Positions 47,805 through 57,172 of a stretch of 60,369 nucleotides of DNA are shown in pieces. Both the position numbers and the translations under genes were made by a program. Source of the stretch: a virus (taxonomy: Duplodnaviria > Caudoviricetes); the IMG/VR virus record IMGVR_UViG_3300037963_002318, positions 1 through 60,369 of that record; one strand, given 5' to 3'. Positions within the stretch are counted from its first letter, which is position 1. Every line of letters begins with the position of its first letter. The notes beneath the pieces are model-generated. The model made no database searches. It was not told the origin of the DNA and worked only from the letters and a program-made list of their open reading frames with translations.

Positions 47805-50327
47805 ATGCAAACAACAACAACAACAGGAAACATGCTACTAGACCTGTTAGTGTGCATCTTGGCACTACTGCCAATTATGATGCCACTACTAGCGGTTCTA
47901 GCGGTACGACGAAACGAACGAATGAACATGCGAATAGGTCTTGAGATTGAAGCAATCAAGAAGGCCCACATTCGTGAGTCACCACATGAGAAGATGGCAC
48001 ACTGGATAATGAAGTGTGACGAGAAGATGTTGAAACTAATGTCTCCCCGTACACGGAAAACCATCCGTGCCCTCAAAGTCTCATTCCGTGGTTACACTCA
48101 CGAAGTCATGGATGAAACCAAGATTGTCACAGACTCATCATTGAGTCGTGGCGGCTTTGAGATTGTGTCACCCCCACTCATGGGGCGTGGTGTAATCATG
48201 TCGTGGATTAGTCGAATGATGTCACATCTTCGTGGTGTGGCTGAAGTCGATAGGTCATGCGGCCTTCATGTCCATGTGGGTCTGAAGGACTACGGAGCAA
48301 GGGCAAATAGAATCGAATTAGGCTTTACCGAGCCTACCGAGGGACTTGGCCCCGAAGACTACGCCAAGGCCATTACTGGTCGAGTTGCGTGGGCCTACGG
48401 GTATTTCCAATATGCAATCAATCTGATTGTCAGCCCAAGCCGCCGAAACGGCGAATGGAGCCGTGATGTGTCCTACATCAGCCGCCAATATAGCAACCCG
48501 AGTGAAGTCCGCTTCCCTCAGCGAAAATGGGATGATGAACACGGAATGTATATCCGTGAATGGCACACTGAAACCGACCCTGCAAAGGTCGGCATGGTGT
48601 TCTATGACCGACTGTACGAAGGTAACCCCGACTACGGTGACTCCCGCTATCAGTGCGTAAATCCTCAATCACTGCCGAAGTACGGTACGATTGAGTTTAG
48701 AGCGCACCAAGGCACTACGAACGCAACCAAGATTCAGAATTGGGTGCAATTCTTGCACCTACTGGTCAGCCGTTGTGCTAGTAACTATTGGACAGACATC
48801 ACCAACTTCCGTGGTGACTCAATTCATGACCTATTCACTTGGCTTGGTTTGGCAGACGATGACCCACTCTATGTGGCTATGGTTCGCCGTATCAAGGCAC
48901 TGAATGGTAACAACCCTAGCGTATTCCGCAACGACCCAATCTTGGCACACAACGCACTCTTCAAGGAGAGCGTAACATGCTCCCGATGTGGTTCGGCTTC
49001 TTGTGACTCAGACGAAGTGTGTGGCACTAATTACACACAGGATTTGATGGAGGAAACCGAGGCTCACTTCTTGGACTTGGATAGGTCATGCGACACATGT
49101 GGCACATCACTTCGGGAAACCGAAGCACACATGCGCTACAACTACGGTGACTACCACGAAGCACACTGCCCCGAGTGTCGTGACATGAGGGTGTTCAACG
49201 CTATGGGAGGAGTCATCCTCTCAGTCATGCTTGGCACCCTACCACTGGCACTAGTTATCGTAGGGTGTGGAATTGGTGCCATACATGCGGCGGCTAAGAC
49301 CTTCAAGTCCAAGCGATTGTCAACTAGACTGTTCAAGGCATTATCAGCCCGAGGCAAGCAAGCATCGGGCTTCGCCTTTGAGAACGGGAAGGGAGTGTAT
49401 TTTGTGAAAGCACCACACTCCTCAATCGCTATGGCTCACCATGTACCGAAGCAACTACGGAAACAAACCCAATGGTCAATGTTTCACACCCGCTTCGCCA
49501 CTCATGGTGCCAACAACAAAGCAAATGCTCACCCTCACTTTGGTCGCAAGGCTAAGGTGACGCTGGTTCACAACGGCGTGGTTCACAACCACGACGATGT
49601 ATGGATGGCGTTAGGCGAGAAGCCTACGGGCCCTGTGGACTCACAGGCCGTGGCACAGTGCTTAGAAGTTGGTGGAATTGAGAAGGTAGTCGAGTTATGC
49701 AAGGGCTCAATGTCCTTGATTTGGTCAGACAGTCGTGACCCGCAAGGTACTCTCAAGTGCTGGACTAATGGAGGCAATCCACTAGTCATGGGTCGCATAG
49801 ACGACAAGGCAACCGGCCCCGTAGTAATTGCTTCAACTGAGGCACTTCTCAAGGAGGGTTGCGGCAAGCGTCTCAAGACACATTGGGATGCAACCATCGG
49901 GCGTGAGTACACAATCTCGCCTACCGGTAGCATCAGCCGCCGTGACATCGAAGGCAGTGAAGCCACTGCCGGAGTTGTCTATGACTGGCGTACCTACAAA
50001 GTCGATGACTTTTACTACACCTACGGTAGCAACTACTCGACTACCAAGACCAAGAAGCGACACCTACCTTATCGCATCAAACAGATGGCGAAGAAGGAGT
50101 TGGAGCGACTTGGTAGTTGGGAGCCAATCGAAGGCAAATGGGATGGCTTCGACCTGCACACTTTCAGTGGCATTCATGCCGCTAAGTGGGATGAGTCGGG
50201 CAAGCCCTTGACCTACGCACTGCCGCAATACATCAACCCGATGCACTACGACAGTGACCTTGAGGAAATACTCATGGGGTCGCACAGACCCGATGAGTTG
50301 GACTCATGCACCTATGAGGCCCCTTGA
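47805..50327 (+). CDS. amidoligase (COOH-NH2 ligase, Amidoligase_2-like) fused to class II glutamine amidotransferase
   Basis: IGLEIE, DSSL..FEIVSPPL, SCGLHVHVG, RY..VN, GTIEFR; then CGIG, RG..ASG, HTRFATHG, AHPH, HNGVV, VDS. Confidence 0.85.
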   Translation: MQTTTTTGNMLLDLLVCILALLPIMMPLLAVLAVRRNERMNMRIGLEIEAIKKAHIRESPHEKMAHWIMKCDEKMLKLMSPRTRKTIRALKVSFRGYTHEVMDETKIVTDSSLSRGGFEIVSPPLMGRGVIMSWISRMMSHLRGVAEVDRSCGLHVHVGLKDYGARANRIELGFTEPTEGLGPEDYAKAITGRVAWAYGYFQYAINLIVSPSRRNGEWSRDVSYISRQYSNPSEVRFPQRKWDDEHGMYIREWHTETDPAKVGMVFYDRLYEGNPDYGDSRYQCVNPQSLPKYGTIEFRAHQGTTNATKIQNWVQFLHLLVSRCASNYWTDITNFRGDSIHDLFTWLGLADDDPLYVAMVRRIKALNGNNPSVFRNDPILAHNALFKESVTCSRCGSASCDSDEVCGTNYTQDLMEETEAHFLDLDRSCDTCGTSLRETEAHMRYNYGDYHEAHCPECRDMRVFNAMGGVILSVMLGTLPLALVIVGCGIGAIHAAAKTFKSKRLSTRLFKALSARGKQASGFAFENGKGVYFVKAPHSSIAMAHHVPKQLRKQTQWSMFHTRFATHGANNKANAHPHFGRKAKVTLVHNGVVHNHDDVWMALGEKPTGPVDSQAVAQCLEVGGIEKVVELCKGSMSLIWSDSRDPQGTLKCWTNGGNPLVMGRIDDKATGPVVIASTEALLKEGCGKRLKTHWDATIGREYTISPTGSISRRDIEGSEATAGVVYDWRTYKVDDFYYTYGSNYSTTKTKKRHLPYRIKQMAKKELERLGSWEPIEGKWDGFDLHTFSGIHAAKWDESGKPLTYALPQYINPMHYDSDLEEILMGSHRPDELDSCTYEAP

Positions 50328-50624
50328 GCCAAGTGTTCATTCGTGACAACACAACATACGATTTTGTTTGAAACAACAATATCGAAGCCGAATGGCGGGG
50401 GTGTTCGCACCCCCGTCATTCTCCCCCTGTTAGCATACACACTCCTCTCCTATCACAATCACATTTACCACGCTCCTCAATCGAGGGCGAGCCGCCTAGA
50501 CAAGTGCGGGGTACCAAGTCGGTCTTCACTGGAGTTTTCTTCTCACTCCTTCTCCAGTGATTTTGGGGTGTCGAGGCCCGTTCATAGCCTCGGCATCCCT
50601 CCCACTCCCTTGGAGGCATACACC

Positions 50625-50867
50625 ATGAGCGACAAACCGACCATGAAGAAGTGCAACCACATCGAGTGCGGCGGCAAATTGCAACCGCATTCAATCGACT
50701 CGGCAACGGGTACGCTGGACTGTGATGGCCCATGCTCCCCCCGCCGTGTCCAAATGTGGCGTGATGCACTGAGCAAGCAACCAACCGAGCAACCCAAACC
50801 TAAACCGGTCTATCAAGGGCCGGTTACAAAGGAGGTTTGGGAGGACTTGTGTTACTGGAAACAGTGA
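50625..50867 (+). CDS. small Cys-containing protein
   Basis: ATG 50625 after GGAGG; C..IEC...CDGPC. Confidence 0.5.
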   Translation: MSDKPTMKKCNHIECGGKLQPHSIDSATGTLDCDGPCSPRRVQMWRDALSKQPTEQPKPKPVYQGPVTKEVWEDLCYWKQ

Positions 50868-50973
50868 ATGCACAGTCCACTCGACTAGAGGGTGGCGGTG
50901 GCCTACAACCCACCCCCTCAGATGGCATGAGGTAGCCAAACCGGACTGAGTGACAACCGGCAAACACACAAAT

Positions 50974-51042
50974 GGGGCCGGCCTTCGGGCCGGCTCCAAA
51001 TATGTGTTATTTTTTTTATTTTTTTATTTTTTTTATTTTTTT
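50974..51042 (+). terminator. UUCG hairpin plus long T-rich tract
   Basis: GGGGCCGGCC-TTCG-GGCCGGCTCC, then repeated T7-8A units. Confidence 0.7.
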
Positions 51043-51048
51043 AGTTTA

Positions 51049-51282
51049 TATTAGTAAGACGATAGTCTTATTGAATAAAAGAGAGAGAGAGAAAGTTGAG
51101 AGAGAAAGAGAGAGAGAAGTAAAGAGAGAAAGGGGGAGAGAGAGCATTAGTAAGACGAGAGAGAGAGGTGCGTGTGAGAGAGAGAAGAGTTATATAGTGG
51201 AGAGAGAGAAGTCTTAGTAAGACGAATGAGTGGGCGAGAGAGTGCCTATGAAAAAGCCTTAGTAAGACGAAAAGAAGGAAAA
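51049..51282 (+). repeat. boundary element copy 6 expanded into four TTAGTAAGACG iterons in purine-rich DNA
   Basis: Exact TTAGTAAGACG at 51051, 51147, 51214 and 51259, separated by GA-rich tracts. Confidence 0.85.
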
Positions 51283-51580
51283 GGTTATAACGAAAGAGAG
51301 GCTAAACGGTGTACTGAGAGCCTGTCGAGAGAATAGAGAGCCAAAAAAACTGTCAATGCGTATGGAATGGAGTAGGTAAATCAGGTGTTTCCAGCAACAC
51401 CTACTGTTGTCTGCTACCCTCGATATTCAAGTAACAACTCCGGCAAAAATCAGACTATCCGGCAGTGCCAGCCGACACACCCACAACGCCAGCCGAAACC
51501 TGCACCGCTAAATGCACCCCTGCTCGGCCATTCACCTATCAACATTCATATACTCACCACCGATTCTTGCCACCACCAAC

Positions 51581-51604
51581 TTGATATACCGGCGGCCCCA
51601 TATA
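51581..51604 (+). promoter_or_regulatory. early-type promoter motif copy
   Basis: TTGATATACCGGCGGCCCCATATA upstream of 51627. Confidence 0.55.
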
Positions 51605-51626
51605 CTAACCAACGGAGGCAACCAAC

Positions 51627-51866
51627 ATGGTAACGAAACAACAACTACAAAACATGCTTGACGAAACGATTGAAGAATTACAGAAGCCCACATCTGAAGG
51701 CGGCCCTATGGGCCAGCGATTTAGGCAACTGCTATTTCACAGGGCCAACTTGGAAATGAAACTGAGGGACTTGGAAAAACCCGAGCCGGAGGAAAACCCA
51801 TACCAAAAATACTACGACCACGCAAGGGAGTATTACTCAGAAGAATCAGAGGAGTTGTTCTCATGA
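51627..51866 (+). CDS. hypothetical protein
   Basis: GGAGG RBS and promoter upstream. Confidence 0.6.
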   Translation: MVTKQQLQNMLDETIEELQKPTSEGGPMGQRFRQLLFHRANLEMKLRDLEKPEPEENPYQKYYDHAREYYSEESEELFS

Positions 51867-52009
51867 AGTGGCTAACATGCCCCGATTGCAGTTGGAAAGT
51901 GTGTGTCGCTGATACGACTACGACCATAGACCCATGCGATTGTGCGTGTGGTGCTGAAAGCATAAACCCATACAACGGAACCAAGCAATACAAGGAGGAT
52001 TCAGCATGA
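51863..52009 (+). CDS. small zinc-ribbon protein (48 aa, not in ORF track)
   Basis: MKWLTCPDC...CDCACG; ATGA coupling. Confidence 0.5.
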   Translation: MKWLTCPDCSWKVCVADTTTTIDPCDCACGAESINPYNGTKQYKEDSA

Positions 52010-52116
52010 AGATTAGAGTGCCTACGCCGATTTGGTGCGCTTGGCTGGTCTTGACCCTGCCAATCGCCGTAATCAACCTACTGCTCTATATCACAGGTGT
52101 CGTTGAGGTCGGCAAC

Positions 52117-52140
52117 TATAAATAGGGGCGGCCCCATTAA
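52117..52140 (+). promoter_or_regulatory. early-type promoter motif copy
   Basis: TATAAATAGGGGCGGCCCCATTAA. Confidence 0.65.
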
Positions 52141-52168
52141 CAGACTGAAGCAACCGGAGAGGAGCAAC

Positions 52169-52330
52169 ATGGAATACAACAGAAAAAACAACGGACAATT
52201 CGACACCCCACAAAAGGTGTCATACCAATGCGAAGAATGCAATCACCAGCATATCGGATTTGAGATACACGGAATGAGAATAACCTGCCCCGAATGCGGA
52301 TTCTCATTCGTCATAGGACAGGAGGAATAA
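52169..52330 (+). CDS. small zinc-ribbon protein
   Basis: CEEC...CPEC; AGGAG RBS before ATG 52169. Confidence 0.6.
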   Translation: MEYNRKNNGQFDTPQKVSYQCEECNHQHIGFEIHGMRITCPECGFSFVIGQEE

Positions 52331-52332
52331 AA

Positions 52333-52515
52333 ATGGTAAAAACATACACAATAAACATAACATACGAAGCAACACTGACGACCGAAGAAAACTACACCGA
52401 GGAGGACATCGAGAATGGCCTTTGGTTAGGCGACCTTGAGATAGGAACGCTTGGCTACAACCGTGTAATCAGCATCCGTGGAGATGCGGTGGACTACGAG
52501 ATACAGGAGGAATGA
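52333..52515 (+). CDS. small acidic hypothetical protein
   Basis: GGAGG RBS before ATG 52333. Confidence 0.55.
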   Translation: MVKTYTINITYEATLTTEENYTEEDIENGLWLGDLEIGTLGYNRVISIRGDAVDYEIQEE

Positions 52516-52518
52516 AGA

Positions 52519-53013
52519 ATGAGAACGACAAGGGAATACGGAATTGAAGCAAGAATAATACTGAAAAAATTAGAAGATGCGGGGTGCAAGTTAGTAAAGA
52601 CTGGTTGCTCATATACGAGCGACGGCTACTACGACATCTCATGCGAGGGTCTGACTCTCGGTGAAATCGCATACAACCTATGGAATCTTGAGGACTCACT
52701 GCTACATATCATCAACCCCGATGGCAAAAAAGCATGGGCAAGATTCATCTTCGGCAACGGCTGGGGCGAATTGGTGGCTGACTACTCAGTGAACCTACTC
52801 GGCACAGGTTTGCCATACGAAGAGGCACGAAAGCGTGAGCGAGAAGTAGGAATATGGGACTACTACGACTGGAGCATCAATGATGTGCTGAAGTTTTTCG
52901 GAACATCAGTTTCATTCACCAGCATCATCGACGAAGCGATGAATATAAATAGGGGGAGCCCCCTTATAGAAAATGAGGCCGACTCAGAAACCGGACACAC
53001 ACAGGAGGAATAA
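52519..53013 (+). CDS. hypothetical protein
   Basis: GGAGG RBS; FIFGNGWGELVADYS motif. Confidence 0.6.
   Translation: MRTTREYGIEARIILKKLEDAGCKLVKTGCSYTSDGYYDISCEGLTLGEIAYNLWNLEDSLLHIINPDGKKAWARFIFGNGWGELVADYSVNLLGTGLPYEEARKREREVGIWDYYDWSINDVLKFFGTSVSFTSIIDEAMNINRGSPLIENEADSETGHTQEE
52944..52968 (+). promoter_or_regulatory. early-type promoter motif copy
   Basis: TATAAATAGGGGGAGCCCCCTTATA inside the 3' end of the 52519 ORF, upstream of 53016. Confidence 0.6.
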
Positions 53014-53015
53014 GA

Positions 53016-54269
53016 ATGCCAAAAGCAACAACAATAAGAATGACGAAGAACGAAAAAGACCTTATGCAACTGCACACGGCGGCCCGAGGGCTACAAGAAG
53101 TGCAACTAGCAATCACCGCCGAGTTTGGCAGACAACATGCCGACTTCGATGGCAACGCTGAGTTTAGTGGTAACTGGCCTAACAAGACGCTGAAAAAGGG
53201 TCTGAAGATGTCAAGATATAGTGTCAGAAGAGGCACCTTGCCACAGGTCGAAGCACACTTCGATTGGACACCGGAGTATGTCAAGAAGCAGACTGAGACC
53301 GCTAAGAAGCAGGGTCGCAGACCGTATCTATACGGTGCTGGAACATACCGACCAGTCAACCCGCAGATTACTGACGAAGATGGCAAGCCAGTCAAGCATG
53401 ATGACGGCTCATACAAGTATCGCTGGGAGTGGACACCGCACATCGTAGCAGGTATCGAAACCTACATGGAAAACTGCTTGAAGGCGGCGTTAGCGGCCGC
53501 AAAGCGTGAGTTGACCGAGAGCGAAGTAAAATACAGTCGTGACGGGAGAGCGCAAGAAGTATGGAATGTCGTGCAAAGACTACAACAATTCCAAGCATAC
53601 ATCACATTGGATAAGACCTACTACGAGAACGGCGGCAGAACCCTTGTATCGAAGCGAGCAAACCCATACGAGCATCAACACTATGTTTTGCGTGGTGACG
53701 GCTTTAACTCAAGCGATAGCGACTACTACACACACCCGCTACTCGGGCTTGGTCTGAAGTGGTCACTCATCAACAAGGGCAAAAATATTCTGAAAGCATT
53801 ACAGGATATGCACCTTGCCTACAACACATACAACAACAAGATGAGGAACCAAAAATACACGGCGGCCAATGTGGATAACTATGTGAAGAATGTGGAAATC
53901 AACGAGCAAGCCTATGAGGACTTAATCAAGAAGGTCACTAACGATGGTGAAATCACAGTGGATGATGCAATCAAGGCAGACAACGATAAGAGGGCTGAAG
54001 TTGAAGAATACTTCAAGAACATGCCACACGCTGACATGCTTTCGACATCAACACGAACACCTACATTCCGCAAGATTACGATTAGCGAGCAAGTCAAGCA
54101 AGCCGAGAATCGCATCGTGCAAAGCAAGGCAAGGCTGGCCCGTGAGCAAACTCGCTTGGCTGAGGAGACATCTGACCTACCTAAGTTGGAGTGGCAAATC
54201 ACAATGATGAAGGCCGAAAAAGTAGCCGCACAATACGGACTACTCAATGACGGAGGTGAAGAGGAATGA
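53016..54269 (+). CDS. hypothetical protein with C-terminal coiled coil
   Basis: 417-aa ORF, GGAGG RBS, no motif recognised. Confidence 0.7.
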   Translation: MPKATTIRMTKNEKDLMQLHTAARGLQEVQLAITAEFGRQHADFDGNAEFSGNWPNKTLKKGLKMSRYSVRRGTLPQVEAHFDWTPEYVKKQTETAKKQGRRPYLYGAGTYRPVNPQITDEDGKPVKHDDGSYKYRWEWTPHIVAGIETYMENCLKAALAAAKRELTESEVKYSRDGRAQEVWNVVQRLQQFQAYITLDKTYYENGGRTLVSKRANPYEHQHYVLRGDGFNSSDSDYYTHPLLGLGLKWSLINKGKNILKALQDMHLAYNTYNNKMRNQKYTAANVDNYVKNVEINEQAYEDLIKKVTNDGEITVDDAIKADNDKRAEVEEYFKNMPHADMLSTSTRTPTFRKITISEQVKQAENRIVQSKARLAREQTRLAEETSDLPKLEWQITMMKAEKVAAQYGLLNDGGEEE

Positions 54270-54472
54270 TGACCGACATGAGAGGAATTGCTGGCGTGTG
54301 GATTGACCTACATGGCCGCAAGGTATTCAAGCACAAGATTGACAACACTCAGTATATGCCATGCGAACACCCAGCCGTTGAGGCTGGTGTCACAGAAGAG
54401 TCGCATTGGTATCTGATGATTGAAACTGATGGCCGGACTTGGCTTTGGGATGGATGGATTACGGAGGGCTGA
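54266..54472 (+). CDS. hypothetical protein
   Basis: ATGA coupling. Confidence 0.5.
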   Translation: MMTDMRGIAGVWIDLHGRKVFKHKIDNTQYMPCEHPAVEAGVTEESHWYLMIETDGRTWLWDGWITEG

Positions 54473-54578
54473 AGATGTATTGGGGAACCGCATACTCGCA
54501 GGTCAAGCAAGCATTCAAGTGCCGCAGGTGCGGCGAGATTGGATTGCGATACGCACATGAAAAATGCGATTGCCAAAG

Positions 54579-54602
54579 TATAAATAGGGGCAACCCCTAT
54601 AT
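54579..54602 (+). promoter_or_regulatory. early-type promoter motif copy
   Basis: TATAAATAGGGGCAACCCCTATAT (palindrome ATAGGGG-CAA-CCCCTAT). Confidence 0.65.
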
Positions 54603-54622
54603 CAAATCGGAGCAGTGATACA

Positions 54623-54871
54623 ATGGATAAACTGAAGAACGCAAAACTAATACTAGAAGAATACAAGCGAGCGATTAACCCGATACTCGACCACTTTGAA
54701 GCGGCGAGTATCAAGTCGCTACGCTTGAAGCAAGGCAACATGCTGACATCTGAAGAGTACCATTACTTAGACCAACGCATAGCGGAGGCCGAGTCGGTAC
54801 TTAGAGGCGTGTTGAGTGACTACGAAGATTTGATGTATGAAGCATTAGATGAGAAGGAGGACTTGGAATGA
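54623..54871 (+). CDS. hypothetical helical protein
   Basis: Follows the promoter motif. Confidence 0.55.
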   Translation: MDKLKNAKLILEEYKRAINPILDHFEAASIKSLRLKQGNMLTSEEYHYLDQRIAEAESVLRGVLSDYEDLMYEALDEKEDLE

Positions 54872-55194
54872 GGACACTATACGGAACCGATAGCAAGCAC
54901 AGACTGTGGACTAAAACTGAATATGCCGATGGCAGAATCGAGATTCAGATGCAGAAAAGGTTTGGCGACAGGCCAGTGAAAGTTACACCACACTCATACA
55001 AAAAGGGTGTCGTGTGCTTTGAATCGGGCAACAGTTTTTACCACGAACCATTAGAGTATATCAATTGGACTACGGAAAAACACAACGAGCCGGTTACGAC
55101 AGGTTATATCGAACCGCCGATGTCTGCCCCTGCGTTAGAGTGGCTCATCCGTGAAATAGAAACTTGGAGGGGTGACAGTGGTTCAACTGAGTAG
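54868..55194 (+). CDS. hypothetical protein
   Basis: GGAGG RBS, ATGA coupling. Confidence 0.55.
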   Translation: MRTLYGTDSKHRLWTKTEYADGRIEIQMQKRFGDRPVKVTPHSYKKGVVCFESGNSFYHEPLEYINWTTEKHNEPVTTGYIEPPMSAPALEWLIREIETWRGDSGSTE

Positions 55195-55465
55195 GTCTAA
55201 GATGTGGTGGAGCAAGGAGGACAAGGAGTGGTATGTGCAGGTAGCATCAGACCATGAGCGAGCCATGCTTCGCCCCGATTGGTGGGAGGGAACGGAAAAG
55301 GTTCTGAGCAAAGGCTATGATTACAGTAACAAGTACGGCTGGTTCATCATTGTCGGTGTGCCGGTCAAGCAATACTTGAAGCACCATCCCGAAGATGTGT
55401 ACTTGGTACAGGCCGTGTTAGATGAAATCAAAAAGCGTGATGACAGGAGGCGAAAAAAATGCTGA
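55172..55465 (+). CDS. hypothetical protein
   Basis: Operon-filling ORF. Confidence 0.5.
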   Translation: MTVVQLSRSKMWWSKEDKEWYVQVASDHERAMLRPDWWEGTEKVLSKGYDYSNKYGWFIIVGVPVKQYLKHHPEDVYLVQAVLDEIKKRDDRRRKKC

Positions 55466-55695
55466 GTGACCACCAAGATTCAGAACACTTCATAGGAGTG
55501 CGTAGCGAGAGCGAGTTGCTTGACATGCTTGACAAAGCCGAGCGCAAAAAGAATAAACACTATACTATGGCGCAGACTGAATTGAAAAGGCCATTGATAA
55601 TGTATCACATGAGGAATTACAAAGCACTTGAGGGCGTGGTGAAGACCCTCCGATGGGCTCTTGGGGACATGAATGTGGAACACCCACTGGAGTGA
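55459..55695 (+). CDS. hypothetical protein
   Basis: GGAGG RBS; RSE.EL...TLRWALG motif echoes the N-terminus of 1744. Confidence 0.55.
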   Translation: MLSDHQDSEHFIGVRSESELLDMLDKAERKKNKHYTMAQTELKRPLIMYHMRNYKALEGVVKTLRWALGDMNVEHPLE

Positions 55696-55705
55696 ACCGG
55701 CATCG

Positions 55706-55728
55706 TTAAATACCGGCAACCCCTATAA
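55706..55728 (+). promoter_or_regulatory. early-type promoter motif copy
   Basis: TTAAATACCGGCAACCCCTATAA. Confidence 0.6.
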
Positions 55729-55745
55729 CAAAATGAGGATTTGAT

Positions 55746-55994
55746 ATGAGTAATACATACGAAACAGATTATGGAGAAGCGAAGGCCGAATGGCTGGATG
55801 AACCGCAGAAGTGGCGAATCAAACTATACCCTAACAGTATAGCAGATAGACGACCACTTTACAAAGCGGTAACAAAAAGACTACACGAAGATGGATATAC
55901 TACATCTATTCTTCAACAACGCAACAACAAGTTGCGATTCACATGCTGGAAATCAGAAGCAGTGAAGGCACAACCTTTGGAGGCGATTGAATGA
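55746..55994 (+). CDS. hypothetical protein
   Basis: Follows the promoter motif and GAGG. Confidence 0.55.
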   Translation: MSNTYETDYGEAKAEWLDEPQKWRIKLYPNSIADRRPLYKAVTKRLHEDGYTTSILQQRNNKLRFTCWKSEAVKAQPLEAIE

Positions 55995-56299
55995 ATGACA
56001 CAGACAAATATGAAGAATACATGGGGCTCGGTGAAGGGAGAATTGTGCGAACCGCTATGGTATGGGATAAGATGGCAGATGAGTGGTTCACAGACCGAGG
56101 TTGGACTAAACCGCACATGGCCTACGATACCGACCGACCCACGAAAACGCTATGGGTAATGACCCAATGGGAGCCTGAATTATGGCAAGATACGGGAATA
56201 TCAGCGAGGGAGGCTGACTCCTTATTATGTGAAGGATGGGATGAGGCCGAATATGTTGGCTACCAAGAATGGCTGAAAGAACAAGGTGATGAAGAGTGA
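55991..56299 (+). CDS. acidic Trp-rich hypothetical protein
   Basis: GGAGG RBS, ATGA coupling. Confidence 0.55.
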   Translation: MNDTDKYEEYMGLGEGRIVRTAMVWDKMADEWFTDRGWTKPHMAYDTDRPTKTLWVMTQWEPELWQDTGISAREADSLLCEGWDEAEYVGYQEWLKEQGDEE

Positions 56300-56426
56300 C
56301 TAAGCGTATAGTCACCTGCTCATACTGTTGTGAACCAATCACCTTAGAGGAGATTGGTGAAGGCATGTTGAGAGTTTTCAAGACCTGCGGTTGTGACCGT
56401 GGGCCAATGACACAGGAGATGATGAA

Positions 56427-56693
56427 TTGAAAAAATATACAGAATATCTAGCAGAAAAATACGAGCCGATGACGGCTGAAGATTGGAAAGTTTGGTCTGA
56501 GGCCAATGGGACAGGTATGGGAACAGACCACATAGGTCTTGACAAACTTGTTGATGAGATTGCATACCTACGAAGCGTGTTAGCCGAGTGCTATATGTGG
56601 ATGGGGCGCAAGGTTCACAGTGGTTCGATTACCAAGAAGTATCAGTGGGCTATGGCCGAGTGCTACCGCATCAGACAGGAGGATAAAGAATGA
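56427..56693 (+). CDS. hypothetical protein
   Basis: AGGAG upstream; operon context. Confidence 0.45.
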   Translation: MKKYTEYLAEKYEPMTAEDWKVWSEANGTGMGTDHIGLDKLVDEIAYLRSVLAECYMWMGRKVHSGSITKKYQWAMAECYRIRQEDKE

Positions 56694-56842
56694 TTATTTG
56701 GTTATTGAAATGCAGGGGGGTTTGGATTGAAAATTGATACATGCGACATAGCAAGAATGACTATCGTCTATGGTGACGGTAGCATGGTGATTATGGTTCG
56801 CCAGCCTAACGGCACGATGAAAGTTGAAAGGAGGCAACGCTG

Positions 56843-57142
56843 ATGGTGGGAACACTGTTACACATACCAGTGGATGCACCAGCAAAGACCATAGTCACTA
56901 TGCCTATGGGCGCAACACTAGATGATGCGAATTACTTTGCGGCAGACCTGTTGGATGCTGAATACCCACTAGAGATGCACAAGATTGATTCGGAAATCAA
57001 GGTGTTCACGCTGGTTCAAGACGGAACATATGACTACAATCGAGGACTGACTATTGCATTAGATGAGTTAATGGGAATCAAGGTAGCACTTGAGGGGCCA
57101 GTAGTTATCTGCATGATGCCACCGGAGATGTTAAGTAGGTGA
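56843..57142 (+). CDS. hypothetical protein (DUF3846-like pattern)
   Basis: GGAGG RBS; YNRGLT...LEGPVVI ending. Confidence 0.45.
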   Translation: MVGTLLHIPVDAPAKTIVTMPMGATLDDANYFAADLLDAEYPLEMHKIDSEIKVFTLVQDGTYDYNRGLTIALDELMGIKVALEGPVVICMMPPEMLSR

Positions 57143-57154
57143 GACCCCTATATC
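57131..57154 (+). promoter_or_regulatory. early-type promoter motif copy
   Basis: TTAAGTAGGTGAGACCCCTATATC. Confidence 0.5.
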
Positions 57155-57172
57155 AGTTTGGAGAGGAACAAG

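Noticed and set aside
50972-51217. 81-aa ORF and similar ERERER-containing ORFs (44575, 45135, 46323)
   Set aside because: They are translations of the T-rich and (GA)n tracts, not plausible genes.
52320-54269. Several early proteins ending in QEE/EEE as a shared C-terminal signal
   Set aside because: Explained by overlap with the GGAGGA ribosome-binding site of the next gene.
56615-56640. GGTTCGA T-loop-like motif suggesting a tRNA
   Set aside because: Lies inside an ORF with no cloverleaf; no tRNA recognised in the window by eye.
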